Below, piece by piece: positions 11,020-20,287 of a stretch of DNA of 64,000 nucleotides. The DNA comes from an uncultured Gemmatimonadales bacterium (GTDB taxonomy: Bacteria > Gemmatimonadota > Gemmatimonadetes > Gemmatimonadales > GWC2-71-9), in NCBI GenBank assembly GCA_963740175.1, contig CAVUDL010000006.1, positions 31,067 through 95,066 on the forward strand, in the 5' to 3' direction. Position numbers and translations under genes: made by a program. Numbering within the stretch: position 1 is the first letter of the stretch; every line of letters starts with the position of its first letter. The notes under the pieces were generated by a model, which was given only the letters and a program-made list of their open reading frames with translations, ran no database searches and had not been told where the DNA came from.

Positions 11020-12156
11020 ATGCGCATCGGCGTCCCCAGGGAGACGGCGGCCGGCGAGCGCCGTGTGGCTCTCGTCCCGGAATCAGGCAAGAAGCTGCTC
11101 CAGGCCGGCTACCAGGTATCCGTCGAAACCGGAGCGGGTGCCGCCGCCGGCTTTCCCGATACGGCCTATCAGGAGGCCGGGGTCATAGTCGAACCGAGCT
11201 CCGACGCGGTGCTCGGATCCGACCTGGTGTTGAAAGTCAACGCTCCCTCGGAAGCCGAGGTGGCCGCCATGCGGGCCGGCGGCATCTATCTCGGCTCGCT
11301 GATGCCGCTGCGGAACCTGCCGGTGGTCCGGGCCCTGGCGGCTCGGGGGGTCACCGCCTTCTCTACCGATGCCATCCCCCGGACCACGCGGGCCCAGTCC
11401 ATGGATACCCTGTCCTCGATGGCCAATATCGCCGGGTACAAGGGCGCGTTGCTGGCGGCAGCCGAGCTCAACAAGTACTTCCCCATGCTGATGACGGCCG
11501 CCGGCATGGTGCCGCCGGCCAGGGTTTTCGTCGTGGGGGCCGCGGTGGCCGGGCTTCAGGCGATCGCCACCGCCCGGCGGCTCGGCGCCAACGTCTTCGC
11601 GACCGATGTGCGGCCCGAGGTCAAGGAGCAGATCGAGAGTGTGGGCGCCAAGTATGTCGGCATCGAGCTGAAGGAGGCCGCCTCCGCCGGCGGCGGCTAC
11701 GCCAAGGAGCTGACCGAGGAGGACCGGGCCCGACAGCGCGAGCTGCTGGCAGCGCAATGTGCCCAGTCCGACGTGGTGATCACCACCGCGCTCATCGGCG
11801 GCGTGTTCGCGCCTACCCTCATCACCACGGCCATGGTTCGCGGCATGCGGCCCGGCTCGGTCATCGTGGACCTCGCGGCGGACGGCGGGGGGAACTGCGA
11901 GCTCTCCCGCCCGGGAGAGACGGTGACCGCGCATGGCGTCACCATCCTGGCTCCGCTCAACCTGCCGTCCACCATGCCGCTCCACGCGAGCCTGCTCTTC
12001 TCTCGCAACCTCACCGCCTTCATCCAGGCCTTTACCAGGGAGAAGGTGTTTCAGCTGGACTTCACCGATGACATCCAGCAGGGCGCCGCCATCACCCACG
12101 ACGGTGAGGTGAAGCACGCCCGCACCCGGGATGCACTTCAGAAGGCGGGCACATGA
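11020..12156 (+). CDS. pntAA: NAD(P) transhydrogenase subunit alpha, part 1
   Basis: MRIGVPRETAAGERRVALVPESGKKL with the dinucleotide site VFVVGAAVAGLQAIATARRLGA. The ATG at 11020 lies inside the longer ORF 10864..12156. Confidence 0.9.
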   Translation: MRIGVPRETAAGERRVALVPESGKKLLQAGYQVSVETGAGAAAGFPDTAYQEAGVIVEPSSDAVLGSDLVLKVNAPSEAEVAAMRAGGIYLGSLMPLRNLPVVRALAARGVTAFSTDAIPRTTRAQSMDTLSSMANIAGYKGALLAAAELNKYFPMLMTAAGMVPPARVFVVGAAVAGLQAIATARRLGANVFATDVRPEVKEQIESVGAKYVGIELKEAASAGGGYAKELTEEDRARQRELLAAQCAQSDVVITTALIGGVFAPTLITTAMVRGMRPGSVIVDLAADGGGNCELSRPGETVTAHGVTILAPLNLPSTMPLHASLLFSRNLTAFIQAFTREKVFQLDFTDDIQQGAAITHDGEVKHARTRDALQKAGT

Positions 12157-12467
12157 GCGAGTCCATCGACTACTGGTCGTTGCTGTACGTATTCGTGCTG
12201 GCCGCATTCATCGGGCTGGGCGTGATCCGCCGGGTCTCACGGCTGCTCCACACCCCGCTGATGTCGATCACGAATGCCATCTCCGGCATCGCGGTGATCG
12301 GCTCGATCATCGTCACCGGCGGCGACTATCCGACCGGGATCCGCATCATGGGCGCGATCGCCCTGTTCGCCTCGATGACGAACATCGTCAGCGGCTTTCT
12401 GATCACCGACCGCATGCTGAAGATGTTCAAGGCCGATCGGCAGCCGAAGCGGAACGATCCCTCATGA
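12153..12467 (+). CDS. pntAB: NAD(P) transhydrogenase subunit alpha, part 2 (membrane)
   Basis: 104 aa with three hydrophobic helices. Its start overlaps the pntAA stop and it lies between pntAA and pntB. Confidence 0.85.
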   Translation: MSESIDYWSLLYVFVLAAFIGLGVIRRVSRLLHTPLMSITNAISGIAVIGSIIVTGGDYPTGIRIMGAIALFASMTNIVSGFLITDRMLKMFKADRQPKRNDPS

Positions 12468-13867
12468 ACGCAGTGGTGCAGCTGTCCTACCTGGTCGCGA
12501 CCGTTCTGTTCATCTTCGCGCTCCATTGGATGAACGCCCCGGTCACCGCCCGCAAGGGCGTGTACGCCGGCGTGGCCGCCATGGTCATCGCCATCGGGGC
12601 AACCTGGGCCCAGCCGGAGGTGGTGCACCACGGCTGGATCATCCTGGCGATCGTCGCCGGCGTTCTCGTGGGGGTTCCGCTCTCGATGGTGCCGCTCACC
12701 GCCGTTCCCCAGCGGACCGCCTTGTCGCACGCGTTCGGAGGGCTGGCCGCGGGGCTGGTCGGCACGGCCAAATACTACCTCTGGTATTCGGAGGGTCCGC
12801 AGCACCTCACGACGTTTCGGATGGCGGCGATCATCGTCGAGATCATCCTCGGCTACCTGACGTTCACCGGAAGCCTCCTGGCGGCCGGCAAGCTGCAGGA
12901 AGTGAAGTGGATCCCCCAGCGGCCGGTCACCTATCCCCTTCAGAACGTCACCAACATCGGTCTGCTGGTAGTCGCGCTGGTGGTCGGCGTGGCGCTGATG
13001 CTCAACCCTGCCGCACCGTGGGCGCCGGCGCTCTTCCCGGTGGTGATCCTGCTGGCGCTTGCCTTCGGCGTCCTGCTGATCATCCCGATCGGCGGAGCCG
13101 ACATGCCGACGGTCATCGCCATCCTGAACTCCTACGCCGGCCTGGCGGCCGTGGCGATGGGATTCGTCCTGGACAACAAGCTCCTGATCACGGCCGGAGC
13201 GCTCGATGGCGCCAGCGGGCTGATCCTGGCCATCATCATGTGCAAGGCGATGAACCGCTCGTTTCTCAACGTGCTGTTCGGCGCCTTCGGACAGGCCCAG
13301 CCGGCCAAGGCCGGCGGAGAACAGAAGATCTACAAGGAGGAAACGATCGAAGGCGGTGCCCAGGTGCTGGAGCAGGCCAATCTGGTGGTGATCATACCGG
13401 GGTACGGGATGGCGGTGGCCCAGGCGCAGCACAAGGTCCGCGAGCTCTACGATCAGCTGAAGAAGCGGGGAGTGACGGTGAAGTTTGCCATCCATCCGGT
13501 CGCCGGCCGAATGCCGGGGCACATGAACGTGCTGCTGGCTGAAGCGGACATACCGTACACCGATCTGGTCGAGATGGACGAGATCAACCCGGACATGCCC
13601 CAGTGCGATGTCGCGCTGGTGGTGGGGGCCAATGACGTCGTGAACCCGGCGGCTCGCAGCGAGAAGACCAGCCCAATTTACGGCATGCCCATCATTGACG
13701 CCGACAAGGCCCGGACCGTCTTTGCGATCAAGCGCAGCAAGAACCCCGGTTTCGCCGGAATCGACAACGACCTTTACTTTTCAGAGCGCACCTGGATGCT
13801 GTTCGGCGACGCGAAGCACGTCGTAGGGGAGCTGGTGAAGCAGCTCTCCGGCGGCAGCGGGCATTAG
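12464..13867 (+). CDS. pntB: NAD(P) transhydrogenase subunit beta
   Basis: The ATG at 12464 overlaps the previous stop (ATGA). Multi-TM N-terminal part and a C-terminal NADP(H) domain (IIPGYGMAVAQAQH, VVGANDVVNPAA). Confidence 0.9.
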   Translation: MNAVVQLSYLVATVLFIFALHWMNAPVTARKGVYAGVAAMVIAIGATWAQPEVVHHGWIILAIVAGVLVGVPLSMVPLTAVPQRTALSHAFGGLAAGLVGTAKYYLWYSEGPQHLTTFRMAAIIVEIILGYLTFTGSLLAAGKLQEVKWIPQRPVTYPLQNVTNIGLLVVALVVGVALMLNPAAPWAPALFPVVILLALAFGVLLIIPIGGADMPTVIAILNSYAGLAAVAMGFVLDNKLLITAGALDGASGLILAIIMCKAMNRSFLNVLFGAFGQAQPAKAGGEQKIYKEETIEGGAQVLEQANLVVIIPGYGMAVAQAQHKVRELYDQLKKRGVTVKFAIHPVAGRMPGHMNVLLAEADIPYTDLVEMDEINPDMPQCDVALVVGANDVVNPAARSEKTSPIYGMPIIDADKARTVFAIKRSKNPGFAGIDNDLYFSERTWMLFGDAKHVVGELVKQLSGGSGH

Positions 13868-13902
13868 CCTGGTTCGACCTCTCACACGGATCGAGGCATG
13901 TC

Positions 13903-14544
13903 ATGAGAATGCAGCTGTTGACGCTGGCGGTGCTGGGCGGTGCCGCCCCGCCAGCCGGGGCGCAGGAGACCTGCATCGAACAGATGAAGTTTCCGCAGGT
14001 GGGCCGGTGGGCCGAGTACAATGCGGTCTTCAAACAGAAGGAGCCGTACACCATGCGGTACGCCGTGATCGGTGAGGAATCGAGGGAAGGCAAGGCGCTG
14101 AAGTGGCTGGAACTTCGCACCACCGGCAACAAGAAGGACGGAGACATCGTGTACCAGATGCTGGTGCCCGGCTCAGTGACCCAGCTGGGTGACGTGCACG
14201 AGATCGTAATGAAGCACGGCGACAAGCCGGCGATGAAGATGGACGGGATGATGCTCGACATGATTAAGGGCCAGATGCAGAAGCAGTCGTTCCTCAGCGA
14301 CATGTGCCGGGACGTGACCCTGGTCGGATCGGAAAAGGTCTCGGTGCCTGCCGGGGAGTTCCAGGCCGGGCACTTCCGAAGCGACAAATACTCGTCCGAC
14401 ACCTGGGTAACGGCTGAGGTACCGTTTTCCATGGTGAAGTCGACCGGAAAGGACTTCGAGCTGACCCTGCTCCGGCACGGAGAAGGGGCGAAGTCTTCCA
14501 TCACGGAGAAGCCCACAGCCATGGGCGCGCCCCAGCCCAAATAG
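13903..14544 (+). CDS. Hypothetical secreted protein with a Met-rich segment
   Basis: Signal-like N-terminus MRMQLLTLAVLGGAAPPAGAQE and the segment MKHGDKPAMKMDGMMLDMIKGQMQKQ. I recognise no family. Confidence 0.55.
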   Translation: MRMQLLTLAVLGGAAPPAGAQETCIEQMKFPQVGRWAEYNAVFKQKEPYTMRYAVIGEESREGKALKWLELRTTGNKKDGDIVYQMLVPGSVTQLGDVHEIVMKHGDKPAMKMDGMMLDMIKGQMQKQSFLSDMCRDVTLVGSEKVSVPAGEFQAGHFRSDKYSSDTWVTAEVPFSMVKSTGKDFELTLLRHGEGAKSSITEKPTAMGAPQPK

Positions 14545-14746
14545 CAGAAAGGAAGCAAATTCGCTGAAAATCGCCGGAAATGACTCTTTTTGGTGGTATT
14601 TAGCGGTTTTCCGACGTTTTCTCGCGACACTCTGGCATCGTATTGAGCTCCTGCCAAACTTGCAGTCCTTCCGGATCCTCTGGTCGCGGGGGAATCCCTG
14701 CCGGACGAGCCGCAACTGACCATCCCCATGGGGTTTATCTAAGGTG

Positions 14747-14775
14747 TTGATTTCTCGCATCTTAGGCGTTATATT
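14747..14775 (+). promoter_or_regulatory. Sigma-70-type promoter candidate for the sigma factor gene
   Basis: TTGATT (14747-14752), a 17-nt spacer, then TATATT (14770-14775). It lies in a locally AT-rich 310-nt intergenic island about 80 nt upstream of the GTG start. Confidence 0.5.
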
Positions 14776-14854
14776 GGCCGACTTCAAATTTGGCTCGGCC
14801 TCAGTCGTGGCTGTTCACCGAGCAGGGGACAATGTCCCGTAGGAGGCTAAAGGC

Positions 14855-15748
14855 GTGACAATCAAGGCACGTGGCAAGCGTCGCCCGGTACGGCCGGCGC
14901 AGATCGCTCGGGCAATCGATGAAGGTCGCGAAAGTCTGGACCTTTATCTGGACGAGATCAGCCGGGTTCCGCTCCTCAATCGTGAGGAGGAGATGGAGCT
15001 CGCCCGGAAGGCGTTCAAGGGGAATGTGACTGCCCAGGAACGTCTGGCGCGCCACAATGTCCGGTTTGTCGTCTCGGTGGCCAAGAAGTTCCAGAACCGG
15101 GGGGTCCCGCTGGTCGACCTGATCGGCGAGGGCAATCTCGGACTCATGACCGCGGCCCGGAAGTTCGATCCGGACCGGGGGGTAAAATTCATCTCGTACG
15201 CGGTTTGGTGGATCCGCCAGGCGGTCCAGGCGGCCATCGCCCGGCACGGCCGTCCGGTCCGGGTTCCGCTCAACCGCACCGCCGACCTAAGTCGGCTCGG
15301 GCGCACCACCACGCTGTTGAAGGACCGGCTGGGCCGTATGCCCACCACCGAGGAGCTTGCCCGCGCTACCGGTCTCACGGTCGAGGCCGTGCGGTCCCTG
15401 AGCGCGCTGAACTCCGAGGCGGTGCGGCTCGATCATCCCACCCGCGACGGTGAAGGCAACGAGCGTATCGAGCGCTTCACCAGCGGGGAGCAGGAAAGCA
15501 CGGACATGTCGACCATGGCCAACAGCCAGACGCGCGACATCGAGGCTGCGCTGGCGGCGCTGCCGCCGCGGGATGCCAAGGTGCTCCGGCTCTACTTCGG
15601 TCTGGACGATGGCAACAGCCGAACCCTGGAAGAGATCGGTCGCATGATGGGTGTAACCCGCGAGCGTATTCGGCAGCTTCGCGATCGGGCCCTGCTGCGC
15701 CTGCGGGAAGGTGAGACCGGCGAACGGCTGAAGGATCTGGTGGCGTAA
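14855..15748 (+). CDS. RNA polymerase sigma factor, RpoD/sigma-70 family (non-primary, no region 1.1)
   Basis: Regions 1.2/2 (LYLDEISRVPLLNREEEMELARK, FVVSVAKKFQNRGVPLVDLIGEGNLGLMTAARKFDPDRGVKFISYAVWWIRQA), 3 and 4 (TLEEIGRMMGVTRERIRQLRDRAL) are present. GTG start with AGGAGG at 14841-14846. Confidence 0.85.
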   Translation: MTIKARGKRRPVRPAQIARAIDEGRESLDLYLDEISRVPLLNREEEMELARKAFKGNVTAQERLARHNVRFVVSVAKKFQNRGVPLVDLIGEGNLGLMTAARKFDPDRGVKFISYAVWWIRQAVQAAIARHGRPVRVPLNRTADLSRLGRTTTLLKDRLGRMPTTEELARATGLTVEAVRSLSALNSEAVRLDHPTRDGEGNERIERFTSGEQESTDMSTMANSQTRDIEAALAALPPRDAKVLRLYFGLDDGNSRTLEEIGRMMGVTRERIRQLRDRALLRLREGETGERLKDLVA

Positions 15749-15752
15749 GGGT

Positions 15753-15870
15753 CATTGGCTATTGGCTATTGGCCGATGCGGTGTTCGAGAAACCCTCCAA
15801 GACTGGGAGGGTTTCTTATTTTCCAGCCGATAGCCAATAGCCAATAGCCAATAGCCCATAGCCAATAGCC
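15753..15870. repeat. Inverted heptamer arrays (ATTGGCT)n ... (CCAATAG)n flanking a canonical terminator
   Basis: Left array cattggctattggctattggcc at 15753-15774. Right array ccgatagccaatagccaatagccaatagcccatagccaatagcc at 15827-15870. The arrays are reverse complements of each other. Confidence 0.9.
15788..15822 (+). terminator. Rho-independent terminator of the sigma factor gene
   Basis: Perfect 11-bp stem AGAAACCCTCC / GGAGGGTTTCT with loop AAGACTG, followed by TATTTT. Confidence 0.8.
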
Positions 15871-15874
15871 ATCC

Positions 15875-16252
15875 ATGAACCCCATCCCCCACGCCATCAA
15901 CCGCCAGGACGACGGCCTTCGCATCGAATGGGACCAGAGTGGCCACGAAGGGTTTTTCCCGGCGCGCGAGCTACGCCTGGCCTGTCCTTGCGCTGCCTGC
16001 GTGGAGGAGATGAGTGGGCGGCCGATCCTGGATCCGAGCACCGTTCCAGCGGATATCCGGCCGGTCTCCCTGGCCCTGGTGGGCGCGTATGGCCTCAAGA
16101 TCCAGTGGAGTGACGGCCACTCAACCGGCATCTATACCTTTGAGCGTCTGCTAAGCTGCTGTCCCTGCCGGCAGTGCCTGAGCCTCGGTGACCGGCGACA
16201 CATCCCCCTCGCGCATTTTCGAGACAATCTGTACACTCAGCGTAGTTTCTAG
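15875..16252 (+). CDS. DUF971-family protein (gamma-butyrobetaine hydroxylase-like N-terminal domain)
   Basis: LRIEWDQSGHEGFFPARELRLACPCAACVEE...LKIQWSDGHSTGIYTFERL is the typical DUF971 pattern as I recall it. Confidence 0.65.
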   Translation: MNPIPHAINRQDDGLRIEWDQSGHEGFFPARELRLACPCAACVEEMSGRPILDPSTVPADIRPVSLALVGAYGLKIQWSDGHSTGIYTFERLLSCCPCRQCLSLGDRRHIPLAHFRDNLYTQRSF

Positions 16253-16276
16253 GCGAGTCCTCCTCTGGAGCCACTG

Positions 16277-16807
16277 ATGCCGCATCAGCACCATTCGAAC
16301 GTTCGCGAAGGACTACTCGCCGGTCTGATTGGAGGGCTGCTGGTCGCCGGATGGTACTTTGCCGTGGACCTGGGACGGGGTGAGATGTTCTATACCCCGA
16401 ACGTCCTGGGCCAGGTCTTCGCGCAGGGTGACACCATTCCCAGCACCAGAACGGTTACCTCTCCGGCGGTGGTGCAGTATTCCCTGCTGCATTTCGGATG
16501 GTTCGTCCTGTTCGGGATCGCCCTTGCGGCACTGACGCATCTGGCGTTGCGAAATCCACAGCTCCGCATGGGTGTCTGGCTGTTTCTGGTGATCGGATTC
16601 GTCTTCTGGCTGGGCATCTCCTACACCCTGTACCGGCTGACAGACCAGCGGTTACCGTGGTGGACATTGTTCGTCGGGAGCGCACTGGGCATTGGTTCGA
16701 TGGGATTCTACCTCTGGCGGCGGCATCCAGGTCTGCGAGGAAGCATGCAGCATCGGCCGTTGGGGGCCGAGGTGAAGTCACCGCCACATCCGCCTGGGGG
16801 TCCTTGA
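16277..16807 (+). CDS. Hypothetical 4-TM membrane protein, paralog A
   Basis: Four hydrophobic segments. It shares GLIGG..VA.W, F.TP..LGQV and a C-terminal YLW.RHP....S.Q..PLG with the next gene. Confidence 0.6.
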   Translation: MPHQHHSNVREGLLAGLIGGLLVAGWYFAVDLGRGEMFYTPNVLGQVFAQGDTIPSTRTVTSPAVVQYSLLHFGWFVLFGIALAALTHLALRNPQLRMGVWLFLVIGFVFWLGISYTLYRLTDQRLPWWTLFVGSALGIGSMGFYLWRRHPGLRGSMQHRPLGAEVKSPPHPPGGP

Positions 16808-16913
16808 GTCAAACCGCCGCCGAGTGGCGTCTTGCGTTCTGGACGGATGAGCCCCAATGTGATGGCAAGCGCGTAAGAGCCACTGACTGAAGGCCTCGCT
16901 TCGGAGGGGATTC

Positions 16914-17417
16914 ATGCTGGACAACTCCCACTCGACCATGGCCGAAGGCACCGACGTTGGAATCATCGGAGGCATGGCCGTCGCCATCTGGTTTCTGATT
17001 CTCGACACCATCGCCGGCCACCCCTTTCAAACACCCAGCCTGCTGGGCCAGGTGGTTCTCTTCGGGGATGCCCGTCCCGATACCAACCAGCTGGTCTTCG
17101 GCGCCATTCTGGTCTACACCGCTTTTCACTTCGCCGTCTTTGCGCTTCTGGGAATGGGACTCGTGGTCCTGGTGCACTGGGCGGTGCGTGACTCGGTGGT
17201 GCGGTATGCGCTCCTGCCGGTGTTTCTGGTCTTCGAGGTGATGTTCTACGGGCTACTGGAAGTGCTGTCCGAGCGGACCAACACGCTCTTTCCCTTCTGG
17301 GCGGTGGTCACTGCCAACACCTTGGCCGCGTTCTGTATGGGTCTCTATCTCTGGATCCGCCACCCGGATTTCCGCCGTTCCATCCAGGACACGCCGCTCG
17401 GCGACGCCCCCCGTTAG
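16914..17417 (+). CDS. Hypothetical 4-TM membrane protein, paralog B
   Basis: Co-linear similarity to 16277..16807 ([41 protein letters not shown]). Confidence 0.6.
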   Translation: MLDNSHSTMAEGTDVGIIGGMAVAIWFLILDTIAGHPFQTPSLLGQVVLFGDARPDTNQLVFGAILVYTAFHFAVFALLGMGLVVLVHWAVRDSVVRYALLPVFLVFEVMFYGLLEVLSERTNTLFPFWAVVTANTLAAFCMGLYLWIRHPDFRRSIQDTPLGDAPR

Positions 17418-17420
17418 CCT

Positions 17421-17442
17421 CGGGCGCACGTTCGTGCGCCCG
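17421..17442 (+). terminator. GC hairpin after paralog B (no U-tract)
   Basis: CGGGCGCAC, loop GTTC, GTGCGCCCG, starting 4 nt after the stop. It lacks a T-run, so the terminator function is uncertain. Confidence 0.35.
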
Positions 17443-17551
17443 GCCCCGCTTAAATTACCTTCCAGCCTCACCTTACAACGGGCTGGTCTGTGCGCCACCG
17501 GTTCTTCTCGTTGGTTCTTGTCTCGCCATTTCTCTCCTCGTCACATCAGGC

Positions 17552-20171
17552 TTGCTGGCTCAGCTCGAGCCACCCTCCACCGGTGGGGTCGTGGCCCTGG
17601 ACCAGGAGCTCCGGATGCTGGGACACTACAAGCGCGTGCTGATGATCGGTGCTCATCCTGATGACGAGGACACCGAGCTTCTCACCGTGCTGGTGCGCGG
17701 TATCGGGGCCGAGGCGGCGTATCTCTCGCTGAACCGGGGTGAAGGGGGCCAGAATCTGATCGGTCCCGAGCTGGGCGAGGCGCCTGGGCCTGATCCGGAC
17801 CGAGGAGCTGCTCGCCGCCCGGCGGCTGGATGGCGCCCGACAGTACTTCACCCGCGCTTACGACTTCGGCTACTCCAAGACCATCGACGAGACCTGGCAG
17901 CACTGGCCGCGGGACACGGTCCTCAAGGACGTCGTGAGGATCGTCCGGCGGTTTCGTCCCCAGATCATCGTGACGGTCTTCAGCGGAACACCGCGGGACG
18001 GCCACGGGCAGCATCAGGCAGCTGGCTGGTCGGCGCATGGAGGCGTTCCGGATCGCGGGCGACTCCAGCCGGTTTCCGGAGTTGTTCCGCGAGGAGGGGC
18101 TGGTTCCCTGGGCGCCCATGAAGCTCTACCGCAGCGCCCGATTCGATACGGCCGCCACGACCCTCACGCTGAACGGCGGGATCCTCGATCCGGCGGTCGG
18201 GAAATCGTTTCACCAGATCGCCATGGCGGGCCGCAGCCTGCATCGGTCTCAGGACATGGGACAGCTCCAGGGCATCGGGCCGTCGCAGGTTCGATTGGCG
18301 CTGGTCGAGGACCGTACCGGCGGTGGGCCGGGTCTGTTTGGGGGGATCGACACCACGCTTGCTGCCATGCCGCTGGGCGAGCGGCGGAGCGCCGGAATCG
18401 GCTGAACTGGTCCGTGCTTCCGAGGCGGAGCCGGGGCTTCGGCGCTACGTGCGCACGCGTCGATTCCCTGCGCGCCGCCCGCGGCAATTCGGCTCGGCGG
18501 AGGGTCCTGCTGGCCCGTGCCGCCGCCGATCTGGACGCGGCCGTAGCGCAGCCGCCGCGCGCCTCCTCCGCCGAGCGCGGGGTCTACTACACCCGGGGCA
18601 TCGAGCTGGAGGATCAGCTGGCCCATCTGAATGCCGCCGCGTGGCACCTGGGCGGCGTGGTGTTCGATGCCATCATGGATGACGACAGGGTCGTACCGGG
18701 ACAGATGCTGCGCTGGATGCTGTCCTCCTGGAATGCCTCCGAGGAGTCCCGCATGGCGGCCATGCGCGCCGCCGAGTGCATACCCCTGGCCGAGTGTCGC
18801 GCGCCCGACCGGGAACCGGTGGCCCATACGGTGCCTCCGGGGCAGGTGAGTACCGACACCATCGACTATCAGGTGTCCGAGATCAGCCGCCGACTACGCC
18901 TTACTTTCTCCGGTTGCCCCGGAACGGCGATCTGTACCAGTGGCCGGAGGAACGCGCAGACCAGGCGCGGATCACCGGCGGGCTTCCCTACGGAGAGCCG
19001 TTCGAGTCGCCCACGTTCCTCGGATCGGTCGAAGTCAATGCCGGAGAATCGGACAGCCTGGGAGCGGCTCGGTCGACGGAGGCGGTCTTTCGCTTCAACG
19101 ACCAGGCTCGGGGAGAGGTGCGCCGGCCGGTGACCGTCATGCCTCGCGTCGACGTGAAGATAGATCCCGCCGTCGAGCTGTGGTCCACGAATTCAGGGGC
19201 ACCCCACAAGTTCACCGTCACGCTGACCCATGGCGCCCGGGACACGACTTCCGGCACCGTGAGTCTGCAGCTGCCTCGGGGTTGGCCGGCGGTGGCGCCG
19301 CAGCGTTTCCAGTTCACCCGGGAAGACGAACGCGCCACGCTGGATTTTCATGGTCAAGGCGCCTCTCAAGGTGGGGACGGACTCGGGAGAGATCCGGGTG
19401 GTGGCGCGCGATGCCGAGGGTGCGGTGTACGGCGTCGGCGTCTTCACGGTGGACTATCCCCACATCCGCCCCCGCGCATACGTGAAGCCTGCAGTGGCCA
19501 CGCTCCGGATGGCGCCGCTGGCGTTGCCGCGGCTTGGTCAGAGTCGGGTACGTCCGCGGCGCGGCCGACCAGGTTCCCGAAGCGCTCGCGAGTGTCGGGG
19601 TGCCGGTGGTGCTGCTGAGTCCGGAAACGCTGGAGCGAGGAAATCTCTCCCGGTTCGACGCCATCGTGGTGGGCCCTCGCGCCTATGAAACTGATTCCGC
19701 CCTCGTGGCCAATAACCGGCGCCTGCTGGATTACGCCCGGCGGGGTGGGCTGGTGATCGTGCAGTACCAGCAGCATCGCTTCTTCACCAGTGGCTTTGCG
19801 CCGTATCCCATGACGCTGGGGGGACCGGGGGTGAGTCATGACCGCGTCACCGATGAGAAGGCGCCGGTCCGAATCCTGGCCAAGGCGCACCCGGGGTGCG
19901 AGTGCCGAACCGTCTTACCGGTGCCGACTGGGCGGGATGGGTGCAGGAGCGCGGGCTCTACTTCCCGCGCAGCTGGGATGGCCGCTATCAGCCGGTCCTC
20001 GAAACCCACGATCCCGGCGAGACTCCGCAGAAAGGAGGGCTGCTCATCGCGCCGGTGGGGAAGGGGACCTACGTCTACACCGGGCTGAGCTTCTTCCGGC
20101 AGCTGCCGGCGGGGGTCCCGGGTGCATTCCGGCTGTTCGCGAATCTGCTGGCGCTCCCGCATGGGCGGTAG
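17552..20171 (+). CDS. Large PIG-L (LmbE-like) family deacetylase with a C-terminal ThuA/amidotransferase-like domain; at least seven apparent frameshifts
   Basis: N-terminus [16 protein letters not shown]. The protein continues co-linearly through ORFs 17552.., 17934.., 18037.., 18776.., 19350.., 19534.. and 19896..20171 ([12 protein letters not shown]...[41 protein letters not shown]). A signal-like peptide from a GTG near 17490 is possible. Confidence 0.65.
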
Positions 20172-20287
20172 CGGGAAGGGCGGGAGAGGCGGGAAGGGCG
20201 GGAGGGGACGCGTCCGCGTGGCGGCGCTTGCTGCGTTCCTGCCTTGCTTTCCTTCCTGTCCTTCCCGTCCTTACCGCCTTTTCCGCC
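20171..20287. repeat. Inverted 9-mer arrays (GCGGGAAGG)x4 ... (CCTTCCCGT-like)x5
   Basis: Left array gcgggaagggcgggagaggcgggaagggcgggagggg at 20171-20207 starts on the last base of the PIG-L stop codon. The right array at 20237-20287 lies inside the signal-peptide coding part of the next gene. Confidence 0.85.

Noticed and set aside
14633-14647. Sigma-54-like promoter TGGCATCGTATTGAG upstream of the sigma factor gene
   Set aside because: The GG and the TTG(A) elements are spaced one nucleotide short of the TGGCAC-N5-TTGC consensus and the -12 GC is missing.
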